Source: an uncultured Acidobacteriota bacterium (GTDB taxonomy: Bacteria; Acidobacteriota; Vicinamibacteria; Vicinamibacterales; 2-12-FULL-66-21). Taken from it: a stretch of 64,000 nucleotides of DNA. The first letter of the stretch is position 1; each line of letters opens with the position of its first letter. The stretch is from positions 508,892 through 572,891 of the forward strand of contig CAVZGT010000014.1 of assembly GCA_963774855.1 (NCBI GenBank). The letters run 5' to 3'. Below are positions 1 to 8,563 of the stretch, piece by piece. The notes under the pieces are model-generated. The model saw only the letters and a program-made list of their open reading frames with translations. It was not told the origin of the DNA and searched no databases. The translations under genes were made by a program, and so were the position numbers.

Positions 1-2
1 AG

Positions 3-1226
3 ATCACGAGCAACCCCGCGTCCGACCTGCAGCCGGTCTTTTCACCTGACGGCCGCACGCTGTTCGTGCGCGCGCAGCGGCGTGCGGGTTTCGAGGCCGA
101 TCGATGGTACCTGGACGCGTACGATCGATCGAGCGGCGCGAAGCGCACGGTGTTCACGTCGCCCGATATCTCGGTCGGAGACTATTCGGTGACCGCCGCC
201 GGGTCGATCTGGTTCACGGCCGGGCAGGCCGGACGCGAGAACCTGTTCGTCGTCCCCGCCGCGGGAGGCGAGCCGAAGGCCGCCGTGCAGGGCGGCGCGA
301 TCTCCGCGGCGCGGCCCGGACCGGGATTCGTGGTGTTCGCGAAATCGTCGCTCACCGCGCCGGCCGAGATCTTCCGCGCGGCCGAGGACGGCCGGGACGT
401 CAGGCCGCTCACGCGCGAGAACGCGTCGTGGCTGACCGGCGTGGGGTTTTCGCAGCCCGAGAGCCTCATCGCGGCGAACGCGGCAGGCGAGAAGATTCGG
501 TACTGGCTGCTCAAGCCGCCCGATTTCGACGCGGCGAAGAAGTATCCGGTGGTGTTTCTGATCCACGGCGGCCCTCAGGGCGCGTGGGAGGATGCGTGGT
601 CGTCGCGCTGGAACCCTTCGCTCTGGGCGGCGCAGGGTTGGGTCGTCGCCGCGCCGAACCCGCGAGGCTCCACCGGGTTCGGGCAGAAATTCGTGGACGA
701 GATCAGCGGTGACTGGGGCGGGAAAGTGATGGGCGATCTGGAGGCGGTGTTTGCCGCCGTCGCGAAGATGCCGTTCACCGACGCCGGGCGCATGGGCATC
801 GCCGGCGCGAGCTACGGAGGCTACGCGGTCAACTGGATCATCGGACACACCGACCGCTTCAAGGCCGCCGTCACGCACGACGGCGTGTTCAACCTCGAGT
901 CGATGAGCATGGCGACCGAAGAACTGTGGTTCCCCGAGTGGGAGTTCGGCGGCCGGCCCTGGGACGCAAAGGCGCGTGCGCAGTTGGCGAAATGGTCACC
1001 TCACCTCGTGGCGCACCGCATCAAGACGCCGACGCTCATCATCACGAACGAGCTGGATTTCCGCGTGCCCGTGGATCAGGGCCTGCAGATGTTCACGGTC
1101 CTGCGCCGCAACGGCGTGCCGAGCGAGGCGCTCGTGTTTCCGGACGAGGGGCACTGGGTCCTCAAGGCGCTCAATAGCCGGACCTGGCATGAGACGGTTT
1201 TCGGGTGGATGAAGAAGTATCTGTAG
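3..1226 (+). CDS. S9 family serine peptidase (prolyl oligopeptidase / acylaminoacyl-peptidase-like), 5' end outside window
   Basis: Frame is open from base 3 (ITSNPASDLQPVFSPDGRTLF, propeller part). C-terminal alpha/beta hydrolase domain has nucleophile motif GIAGASYGGY, acid in NELDFRVP and His in PDEGHW. Stop TAG at 1224-1226. Confidence 0.9.
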   Translation: MTSNPASDLQPVFSPDGRTLFVRAQRRAGFEADRWYLDAYDRSSGAKRTVFTSPDISVGDYSVTAAGSIWFTAGQAGRENLFVVPAAGGEPKAAVQGGAISAARPGPGFVVFAKSSLTAPAEIFRAAEDGRDVRPLTRENASWLTGVGFSQPESLIAANAAGEKIRYWLLKPPDFDAAKKYPVVFLIHGGPQGAWEDAWSSRWNPSLWAAQGWVVAAPNPRGSTGFGQKFVDEISGDWGGKVMGDLEAVFAAVAKMPFTDAGRMGIAGASYGGYAVNWIIGHTDRFKAAVTHDGVFNLESMSMATEELWFPEWEFGGRPWDAKARAQLAKWSPHLVAHRIKTPTLIITNELDFRVPVDQGLQMFTVLRRNGVPSEALVFPDEGHWVLKALNSRTWHETVFGWMKKYL

Positions 1227-1521
1227 AATCCCGGCGATCCGCCGGCGCCGGCGAGTAGTCCCCTTGCACCGGGGCTGCGCGTCGTAGCGCGTTCTCGAAG
1301 TACTCGACCGACAGCCGTCCTGCCCAGTAGTACAGCGCGCCGCGGCTCACCTGTGTCGTCAGTCGTTCGGTGGTCAGGATGCCTGCGCTCCCGGGCGGAT
1401 GAAACTCAATCCATCCCTGCCACGATCCATCGGCCTGCCGTTCGCCCAGGACCCACACGTGATACGCGATGCCGTCCAGCGATGTGAGGTGCGACGTCAA
1501 CTCGTGAATCAGTTCCGCCAT
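1171..1521 (-). CDS. hypothetical protein
   Basis: ATG at 1519-1521 with GGAGGGGG 6 nt upstream. 116 codons (MAELIHELTSHLTSLDGIAYHVWVLGERQADGSWQGWIEFHP...). No family recognised. The last 56 nt overlap the convergent peptidase gene, so the tail may be mis-framed. Confidence 0.4.
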   Translation of the reverse strand: MAELIHELTSHLTSLDGIAYHVWVLGERQADGSWQGWIEFHPPGSAGILTTERLTTQVSRGALYYWAGRLSVEYFENALRRAAPVQGDYSPAPADRRDSTDTSSSTRKPSHARSGY

Positions 1522-1550
1522 CAAGCCCCCTCCGGGACCTGACACAGTCA

Positions 1551-2096
1551 ATGGCAGTGCCAGGAGGCCGATTCGTGCAAATGCCCGCAGCCTCGTCGGT
1601 TGCCACGATACATAAAGGTATGGCCGCGTTCGGTCGCATTCGTGAGTGTAAGAACTATACGATCCGGCACGGCCAAGGCCTGCTATCATCGGAGCTCCCC
1701 TTGGAAGACCAGATTTCCCGCGCGCGCGTGCTCGTGGTCGACGACAGTCCCACGGTGCTGAGCCTTTTGCGGGCCGCTCTCGAGGCGCAGCAGTACCACG
1801 TGGCCACGGCGGCCGATGGCGCCGAAGCCCTGAATACGATCAGGCAGTCCGCCCCCGACCTCATCGTGACCGACAGCATCATGCCGGGGCTGGGGGGATT
1901 CGCTCTGCTCGCACAGCTGAAGGAGAACGCAGCGACACGGGGTATTCCCGTGATCCTGCTGACGTCCGATCCAGACGATGCCCCACCCTCGGGGGACGCC
2001 CAGCCGGACGCGATCATCACCAAGTCGGCACAGATGGAACCGCTGCTCGCGCAGATCCGCGGGCTGCTTCAGCGGTCGAGCAATGTCTCGTTGTGA
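1551..2096 (+). CDS. single-domain response regulator (CheY-like receiver)
   Basis: RVLVVDDSPTVLSLLRAALE...DLIVTDSIMPGLGGFALLAQLK...PVILLTS receiver motifs. The longest ATG start is 1551. A TTG at 1701 with GGAG 6 nt upstream would give a typical 131-aa receiver. Confidence 0.85.
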   Translation: MAVPGGRFVQMPAASSVATIHKGMAAFGRIRECKNYTIRHGQGLLSSELPLEDQISRARVLVVDDSPTVLSLLRAALEAQQYHVATAADGAEALNTIRQSAPDLIVTDSIMPGLGGFALLAQLKENAATRGIPVILLTSDPDDAPPSGDAQPDAIITKSAQMEPLLAQIRGLLQRSSNVSL

Positions 2097-2431
2097 CACG
2101 CGACCCGGCCGGTTAAATCGGGCTGTAAAACTATATATATCAGCTAGTTAGCGAGAAAGAAGACCCGGATTCGCGAAGCACGCCAAAATGCTCCATAACT
2201 GTACACTTCATAACATATTTAGCCATAACGACTTAACGTCAGTTTTGACTCATCTGACGGTTTAGGTAGTTCCAGAGTGGAACACACCGTCTTCATGGCA
2301 AGATTGGTAAGGCTCAGCTAAATAGCTCTACTCCAATCAGTTACGGGAAATGATGAGGCGGGCCCTGGCCTTGCGTACGAGGCCACTCCTCGCACCGTTA
2401 TTGCTCAGTTAAATAAAGGAGTCCTGATCTG

Positions 2432-3959
2432 ATGATGAGGAAGCTGATTGCCCTCACTGCGCTGGTATGGATTGGGGCTCTCGGATGGGTCTGGCCCGCG
2501 GCTGGTCCGGCCGATCCGGTTGCGTCCGTTGCCGCTCATTCCGACGACGGGCTGAATGCCCAGCTCGCCGCGGTTCTCGCCGCCAATCGATTTACCGGGA
2601 AAGTCCAGTTCTCGCTCGAGGATCGCCTCGGACGCGACATCAACCCGAAGCTGGCGGATCTTGGCCGGCTGCTGTGGTTCGACAACGCGCACTCGCTCCA
2701 CCAGGACAACACGTGCGCGCGGCTGTCACTCGCCGACCAACGGCTTCGGCGACACGCAGAGCATCGCCATCGGCGTGGACAACAACGGCATCGTCGGTCC
2801 GCGCCGCTCCGGCGCGCGCAATCAGCGCCGATCGCCGCTCGTCGTCAACACGGCGTTTCTGCGCGCGCTCATGTGGAACGGGCGGTTCAGCGCGCCCTCG
2901 CGCGATCCGTTCGACAATTCGGCAGGCTTCCTGTTCCCGGCGCCCGAGGGGGCCACGACGTTCCCGCCAAACGATCCCGTCGTGAAGCACCTGCTGCAGG
3001 CGCAGGCGCACATTCCGCCGACCGAGCTCGTCGAAGTGGCGGGGTTCAAGGGCACGCGCGGGACCATCGGGCCGCGCTTCGATCAGTTCGACAACCATCA
3101 GGGTCTTCGGGTGCCGCTGCCCGACGAGTCCGGGTTCCGCAACGAGCCGATCCGGCAGAAGGTGCTGCGGATTCTCAATGGGGTCCCCGAATACCGCAAG
3201 CTCTTCGGACGGATTTTCCCGAGCGTGCGGCGCGGCGATCCGATCGACTTCACCATGTTCGGCCTGGCGATCGCCGAGTTCGAGTTCACGCTGACGTTTG
3301 CCGACGCCCCCATCGATCAGTTCGCCCGCGGTCATCGGAATGCGATGAGCACGTCCGAAAAACGCGGCGCGCTGCTGTTCTTCGGCAAGGCCGGCTGCGT
3401 CAAGTGCCACGCCGTTTCCGGCGACGCGAACGAGATGTTCTCCGACTTCCAGAATCGCGTGATCGGCGTGCCGCAGATCGCGCCGTTCTTCGGCGTGGAC
3501 GAGAGCAACATGATCTTCGACGGCCCGGGGGAGGACGAGGACTTCGGCCTCGAGCAGATTAGCGGCAACCCGGCCGATCGCTACAAGTTCCGCACCGCGC
3601 CGCTGCGGAACATCGCGCTGGCGCCCGCGTTCTTCCACAACGGCGCGTTCACGCAGCTGGACGATGCCATCAAGCATCATCTCGACGTGTACGATTCCGC
3701 GCGCGGCTACGATCCGAGGCGGGCCGGCGTGGATCGGGATCTGAGGATGCGGCTCGGACCGATCGAGCCGGTGCTGGCCAGGCTCGATCCGCTGGTTCGC
3801 ACGCCGAAGAACCTGTCGAGGCAGGAGCTCGCCGATCTGGTCGAGTTCGTCGGGGACGGGTTGCTGGACAAACGAGCGAAGAAAGAGAATCTGTGCAGGC
3901 TGGTGCCCGACTCGGTGCCGAGCGGCTTCCCTGTGCTGAAGTTCCAGGGCTGTCAATAG
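2432..3959 (+). CDS. di-haem cytochrome c peroxidase (CCP/MauG family), frameshifted as assembled
   Basis: Signal peptide MMRKLIALTALVWIGALG. Second haem site CVKCH, then FRTAPLRNIALAPAFFHNGAF. The first haem site reads TCAR[+1 nt]CHSPTNGFGD, with the frame change at 2716-2723. AAGGAG lies upstream of ATG 2432. Confidence 0.85.
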
Positions 3960-4146
3960 CTTCAAGAATCCGGAACGCACCCCCGCCGGCGCCTGCCGGC
4001 GGAAGGTGCGGGTCCGGCTTTCCACCGCTTTCGTTTTTCCGCATACTCAGGGTTTCCCCCGGAGGTCCCAGACCCTGCATGCTGCCGGCAGTAATGGCGG
4101 CCTGCCGCGTGGCGGCCGGGTCGCCCGAATCAAGAGGAGTGAGTGC

Positions 4147-5404
4147 ATGAAGCGCAGTTTCTGGCTGGCCCTGGTGGCGTTGGTGGCCTTCAGCCAGCCG
4201 GCATGGGCCCAGCAGGACGACGTCACCCGGCTGAGGGCCGAGCTGCAGCGGCAGCAGGAGATCATCGGCCAGCTGCTCAAGCGGCTCGACGATCTCGAGA
4301 AGAAGCAGGCGCTGACGGCCACGAACGAAGAGCTCAAGCAGGAAGCGCAGACGCAGCAGGAAGCCGTCGAATCCGTGCGCGAGTCGCTGCTCAGCCGCGT
4401 GAACCTGAACGGCTATTACAACTTCCGCCTTGCCGCCGACGAGTCGCCGGAGCCGTTCGCCTTCCAGCAGCACCATCTCGGCCTGCTCCTCAGCAAGCAG
4501 CACAGGAAATTCAACTTCCACATGGAGCTCGAGCTCCAGAACGTGCCCCATCACCCCGAGATCCACGGCGAGGAAGAAGAGGGTGAGGGGGAAGAAGGCG
4601 AGCACGTCGAAGGCACCGACGTCAGCGGCGAAGGGACAGGTCGCGGTCGAGAACGCGTGGATGGAGTACGCCCACAACCGGTTCGTGAACGTCCGGGTCG
4701 GCAAGCAGCTCTCCCCGCAGTACTGGTGGCAGAATCACTATCCGAACCTGACGCTCTCGACCGATCAGCCGATCTACCTGCGCGAGCTGTTTCCACCGGA
4801 GCTCGTCGGCGTCACGGTGCACGGCGGCGCCGCGAGGCCGTCGGGGCAGTCGGAGCTGGCCCTCAACTACCGGGTCTACCTCTCGAACAACCAGTTCGAA
4901 GGCAACAGCCAGACGGACCTGCGCGATGCGAAGTCGTGGGGCGGACGCGTGCAGGTGCGGCTGCCGACCGGCGGCCGGCTGAAGCGGTTCGACGTGGCCG
5001 GGCGACCTCTACCGCGGCCGGATCGCGCTCGTGACCCAGGAGCTCGTCGACGATCACGTGTACGGCCTCGAGAGCCAGATCGAAGTCGACCGCTTCCTGC
5101 TCCAGGCGGAATACGCGCGCGGGCGGACGCTTGGCGAGACGCGCTCCGGCTACTACGTGCAGCCCGCCGTGCGCCTGCGCGAGAACTGGACGACGTTCTA
5201 CCGGATCGAGCAGCTCGACAGCCCGCGGATCCAGCGCGCCGAGCGCCGGCACCTGGCGGGGTTGAATTTCCGGCCGTACCGCGCAGATCGCGGTCAAGGC
5301 GGAGTACTACCGCGGGGTGCCGCTGGAGCGGTCGTTCATCTCATCGGAAGAGGACGCGCACGCCCTTCAATGGCTTCGCGGCGGCGGCCGTCTTCTTTTT
5401 CTAA
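4147..5404 (+). pseudogene. outer-membrane porin (OprO/P-like, N-terminal coiled coil), four frame breaks
   Basis: AGGAG then ATG 4147. Signal peptide MKRSFWLALVALVAFSQPAWAQQ, coiled coil, beta-barrel-like repeats, and terminal ...FNGFAAAAVFFF followed by a stop. Frame changes at about 4636, 5000, 5288 and 5362. Confidence 0.55.
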
Positions 5405-5414
5405 GAGGCTCTGG

Positions 5415-5875
5415 GTGTTCACTCGGGGGTCCGCGGCTTTTTGGTTCGTGGCGGCACTGGTGGTGCTGCCGCTCGGGCTCGATCGCTCCGCCGCCTGCGC
5501 CGCCGCCTGATTTCGTGGTCGTCGTGCACAAGGAGAACCCGGTCGCGTCGCTGCCGATCACGGAGCTGCAGCGCGTCTTCCGGAAGCAGACGCGGATGTG
5601 GCCGCACGGCGAGGCGGTCGTGCCGGTTGACTGGGACGCGACGAGCGTGATGCGCGCAGGAGTTCTCGCGGCGCGTGATGGGGCGCTCGGTGCGCGAGAT
5701 GGCGGAGTTCTGGGTGCAGCAGAACATCACCCAGGGGCTGACGCCGCCCTCGACGCTGAAATCGACGCGCGCGATTCTTCGCTTCGTGGTGAGCGTGCCG
5801 GGGGCGATCGCCTACGTGCCGGCCGGCGAGGAGGACGACACGGTGAAAGCGATCGGCATCAAAGGGCTTCGCTGA
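5415..5875 (+). pseudogene. small periplasmic substrate-binding (PBP-like, PstS-related) protein, two frame breaks
   Basis: AAGAGG then GTG 5415. Signal-like FWFVAALVVLPLGL, then DFVVVVHKENPVASLPITELQRVFRKQTRMWPHGEAVVPVDW... and ...MGRSVREMAEFWVQQNITQGLTPPSTLKSTRAILRFVVSVPGAIAYVPAG. Frame changes at about 5500 and 5655. Confidence 0.5.
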
Positions 5876-5930
5876 AGGTTCGTGATTATTGATTGAAACC
5901 AATGCTCGTGTTCGCCCGGAGAGTTCGCGC

Positions 5931-7877
5931 ATGCGGTTGAGCATCAGGTGGCAGTTGGCGCTCGTCTCGGTGGCGTTGTCGCTGCTGCCGATCGCGCTCG
6001 CCGGCGTCCTCGCGTACCGGAGCGCGCGCGGGGCCCTCGAGGAGCGGATTCAGTTCAACCTCGAAACGCTCGCGTCGCTCAGCGCGGAGAAGCTCCAGCG
6101 TCTGCTGCTCGATCGCCACCAGGCCCTTCGCGGGTGGTCGCAGCTCGGCTTCCTGCAGGACGACACGGTCACCGGAGACACCGACGGCCGCATCCAGCAG
6201 TTCCTCGGCGAGGCCAAGCGCAATTTCGATCTCTATCAGGAAATCTGGGTGGCGAACGCGGCCGGGACGGTCATCGCCTCGACGCGTCCGGAGCTTCGCG
6301 GCCGCGAAATCGGCGATCGCGAGTGGCAGCAGGCGGCGCGGCGCGGCGACCCGTGGGCCGGCCTCCCCGGGCCGCAGGAGCTGACCGGACGCGTGGGCAT
6401 GCCGCTCGCGTTTCCCATTCGCGCGAGCTTCGATCGCGGCCGGACCGTCGGCGTCATCGTCGCCGTACTCGACTGGCCTTCCGTCGTCGAGATTCTCAAC
6501 GGCGTGAAGGTCGTGCCCGAAGGACAGAGCGAGCGCGGCTATCTGGTGCTGGCCGACTCGAGCGGCGTGCTGCTCAGCGCCCCCCCGTTCTTCACCGGCT
6601 GGCAGCCCGGGAAGACGGGCCTCAACTCGGTCGGGCTCGAGGCGATCCAGCAGCTGCCGGCCAGCGCGGCGGCGGGCAGCGCGACGTTCGACGTGCGCGC
6701 CGCCCCGTTTCTGGCGGGCTACGCCACGACGGAGCGCCAGCCGTACGTGCCGGGCACGTGGCGCACGGTGCTGCTGATGCGCGCCGACGTCGCCTTCGCG
6801 CCGCTGCGGCGGTTGATGTGGACGATCATCGCCCTGTCGATCGTGCTCGCGACCGCGGCGGCCGCCGGCTCGGTGTACTGGGCGAACCAGTTCTCGCGCC
6901 CGATCGAATCGCTCGTGCCGTTTCTGCGCGGCGTCGCCGCCGGCGATCTCTCGCAGAGCTTCCAGGTGGCGCGCCACGACGAGCTCGGCATGCTCGCCCA
7001 GGCCGCCAACGACATGTCCGGGAAACTCCGCGGGCTCATCCAGGAGCTGCAGAAAGCCGGGCTCCAGATCACGTCGGCGTCCACGCAGATGCTGTCGGCC
7101 GCCGAAGATCACGCATCGGGCTCGGTCCAGCAGGCCGCCTCGATCGCCCAGGTCACCGCGACGATGGAGGAGCTGACCGACACGGCGAAGCAGATCGCGC
7201 AGAGCGCGACATCGGTCGAGAAGATCGCCGACGACAGCGCGAACGCGGCGCACGCCGGGTACGACTCGGTCAACGAAGCCCTCGGCGCGATGGAGAAGAT
7301 CCGCCGGCGCGTGGCGGACATCTCCGGCAAGACGCTGCTGCTCGGCGAGCGCTCGCAGCGCATCTCGGAAGTGCTCAACCTGATCAAGGAAATAGCCGGC
7401 GAGATTCACCTGCTCGCGGTCAACGCCGCGATCGAGTCTGCCGCCGCGGGCGAGCACGGCAAGCGCTTCGCCGTCGTCGCCGGCGAAGTCCGCCGGCTGG
7501 CCGAGCGGACCCGTGAATCCGCGGAAGAGATCAAGGGGATTGTCGGCGAGATCCAGTCGGCGACGAACACGTCGGTGCTGGCGACGGAGCAGGGCGTCAA
7601 GGAAGTGGAGAACGGCGTGTCGCTGGCGACGCGCGCGCGCGGCAGCCTCGAGGAGATCCTGCAGATGGTCGATCGGACGACGCAGGCGATCCGCCAGATC
7701 ACCTTCGCCACGCAGCAGCAGCGCAGCGCCAGCGAGCAGATCGTCCAGACCATGCGGGAGGTGGCCGAGGTCACCAAGCAGACCGCCGCCGGGATGAAGC
7801 AGTCGGCGAGCTCCGTCGCCGATCTGAACGGGCTGGCGGACCAGTTCAAGATGCGGATCCGGGAATTCAGACTGTAG
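5931..7877 (+). CDS. methyl-accepting chemotaxis protein with periplasmic Cache-like sensor and HAMP
   Basis: TM1 ([21 protein letters not shown]), a ~270-aa periplasmic domain, TM2, HAMP ([21 protein letters not shown]), and a signalling domain with [35 protein letters not shown]. Intact. Confidence 0.9.
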   Translation: MRLSIRWQLALVSVALSLLPIALAGVLAYRSARGALEERIQFNLETLASLSAEKLQRLLLDRHQALRGWSQLGFLQDDTVTGDTDGRIQQFLGEAKRNFDLYQEIWVANAAGTVIASTRPELRGREIGDREWQQAARRGDPWAGLPGPQELTGRVGMPLAFPIRASFDRGRTVGVIVAVLDWPSVVEILNGVKVVPEGQSERGYLVLADSSGVLLSAPPFFTGWQPGKTGLNSVGLEAIQQLPASAAAGSATFDVRAAPFLAGYATTERQPYVPGTWRTVLLMRADVAFAPLRRLMWTIIALSIVLATAAAAGSVYWANQFSRPIESLVPFLRGVAAGDLSQSFQVARHDELGMLAQAANDMSGKLRGLIQELQKAGLQITSASTQMLSAAEDHASGSVQQAASIAQVTATMEELTDTAKQIAQSATSVEKIADDSANAAHAGYDSVNEALGAMEKIRRRVADISGKTLLLGERSQRISEVLNLIKEIAGEIHLLAVNAAIESAAAGEHGKRFAVVAGEVRRLAERTRESAEEIKGIVGEIQSATNTSVLATEQGVKEVENGVSLATRARGSLEEILQMVDRTTQAIRQITFATQQQRSASEQIVQTMREVAEVTKQTAAGMKQSASSVADLNGLADQFKMRIREFRL

Positions 7878-7887
7878 GCGTCAGGAC

Positions 7888-8448
7888 ATGGCCAGCGAGG
7901 AAACGGCGGCAGAATCCCCGGCGATCGGGCCGGAGGCGATTCTGGAGGCAATCGAGCGCCAGCGTGCAGACGACGGGGAGCCGGGCGTCCAGGCGGAGCG
8001 CGTCCCGTACCTCGGGTTCTTTCTCGGCGACGACGTGTACGGCCTGCCACTGCAGCAGTTGCGGGAGGTCGCGCGGCTCACGCGCCTGCGCCGCATCCCC
8101 GGCGCGCCGTCGCGCGTCGCGGGCCTGGTCAACCTGCGCGGCGAGATCATCTGCGCGCTGAGCGCCCACGCCATCCTCGGGCTGACCGCGTCCACGCCCG
8201 CCGCCGCCGCGTTCTTCGTCGCGTTGCGCGGCTTCACCGACCCGATCGGGCTGGTCGTCGACAACATCGCCGATATCTATTCGATCGATCCGGGCCAGAT
8301 CGAGCCGCCGCCGCCGACGTGGTCTGCCGAGCGCGCCGCCTTTTTCGTCGGGACGGCCCATGTGCCCGAGGGGCTGATGGGCCTGCTCGATCTCCAGCGG
8401 CTGGTGGCCGACGATGGCCAACGAACGTCGGGAGACGGGACACTCTAG
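7888..8448 (+). CDS. cheW: chemotaxis coupling protein CheW
   Basis: YLGFFLGDDVYGLPLQQLREVARLTRLRRIPGAPSRVAGLVNLRGEII CheW fold signature. Starts 10 nt after the MCP stop. Confidence 0.9.
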   Translation: MASEETAAESPAIGPEAILEAIERQRADDGEPGVQAERVPYLGFFLGDDVYGLPLQQLREVARLTRLRRIPGAPSRVAGLVNLRGEIICALSAHAILGLTASTPAAAAFFVALRGFTDPIGLVVDNIADIYSIDPGQIEPPPPTWSAERAAFFVGTAHVPEGLMGLLDLQRLVADDGQRTSGDGTL

Positions 8449-8467
8449 TGATCAGCGGAAGCGATGT

Positions 8468-8538
8468 AACAGGAGTTCAGGAGGTCAGGAGATTCATTCT
8501 TGAAAACAGGAAAACTCCTGATCTCCTGATCTCCTGTT
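8468..8538. repeat. word-repeat hairpin (ATCAGGAG / CTCCTGAT family)
   Basis: Left arm is AACAGGAGTTCAGGAGGTCAGGAGAT and right arm is AACTCCTGATCTCCTGATCTCCTGTT. Arms are 26 nt with 3 mismatches and a 19-nt loop. Period 8 nt. Confidence 0.8.
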
Positions 8539-8563
8539 TAAAGACAAGCGCTGGGTTGACGCC

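Noticed and set aside
2100-2431. A tRNA gene, IS remnant or prophage end in the AT-rich island.
   Set aside because: There is no cloverleaf-compatible sequence (no GTTCGAATC-type T-arm), no terminal inverted repeats or direct duplications, and no transposase or integrase fragment in any frame.
5886-7457. A 523-codon ORF on the minus strand opposite the MCP gene. Similar long antisense ORFs occur at 8841-11027, 11265-13295, 44273-46702, 47523-49070 and 53369-55618.
   Set aside because: These are shadow ORFs typical of high-GC DNA. Their translations are Arg/Ala/Gly/Pro/His-rich with no domain signatures. The opposite strand encodes unmistakable proteins (MCP, CheA, CheR, MacAB components, CtaD, ActC).
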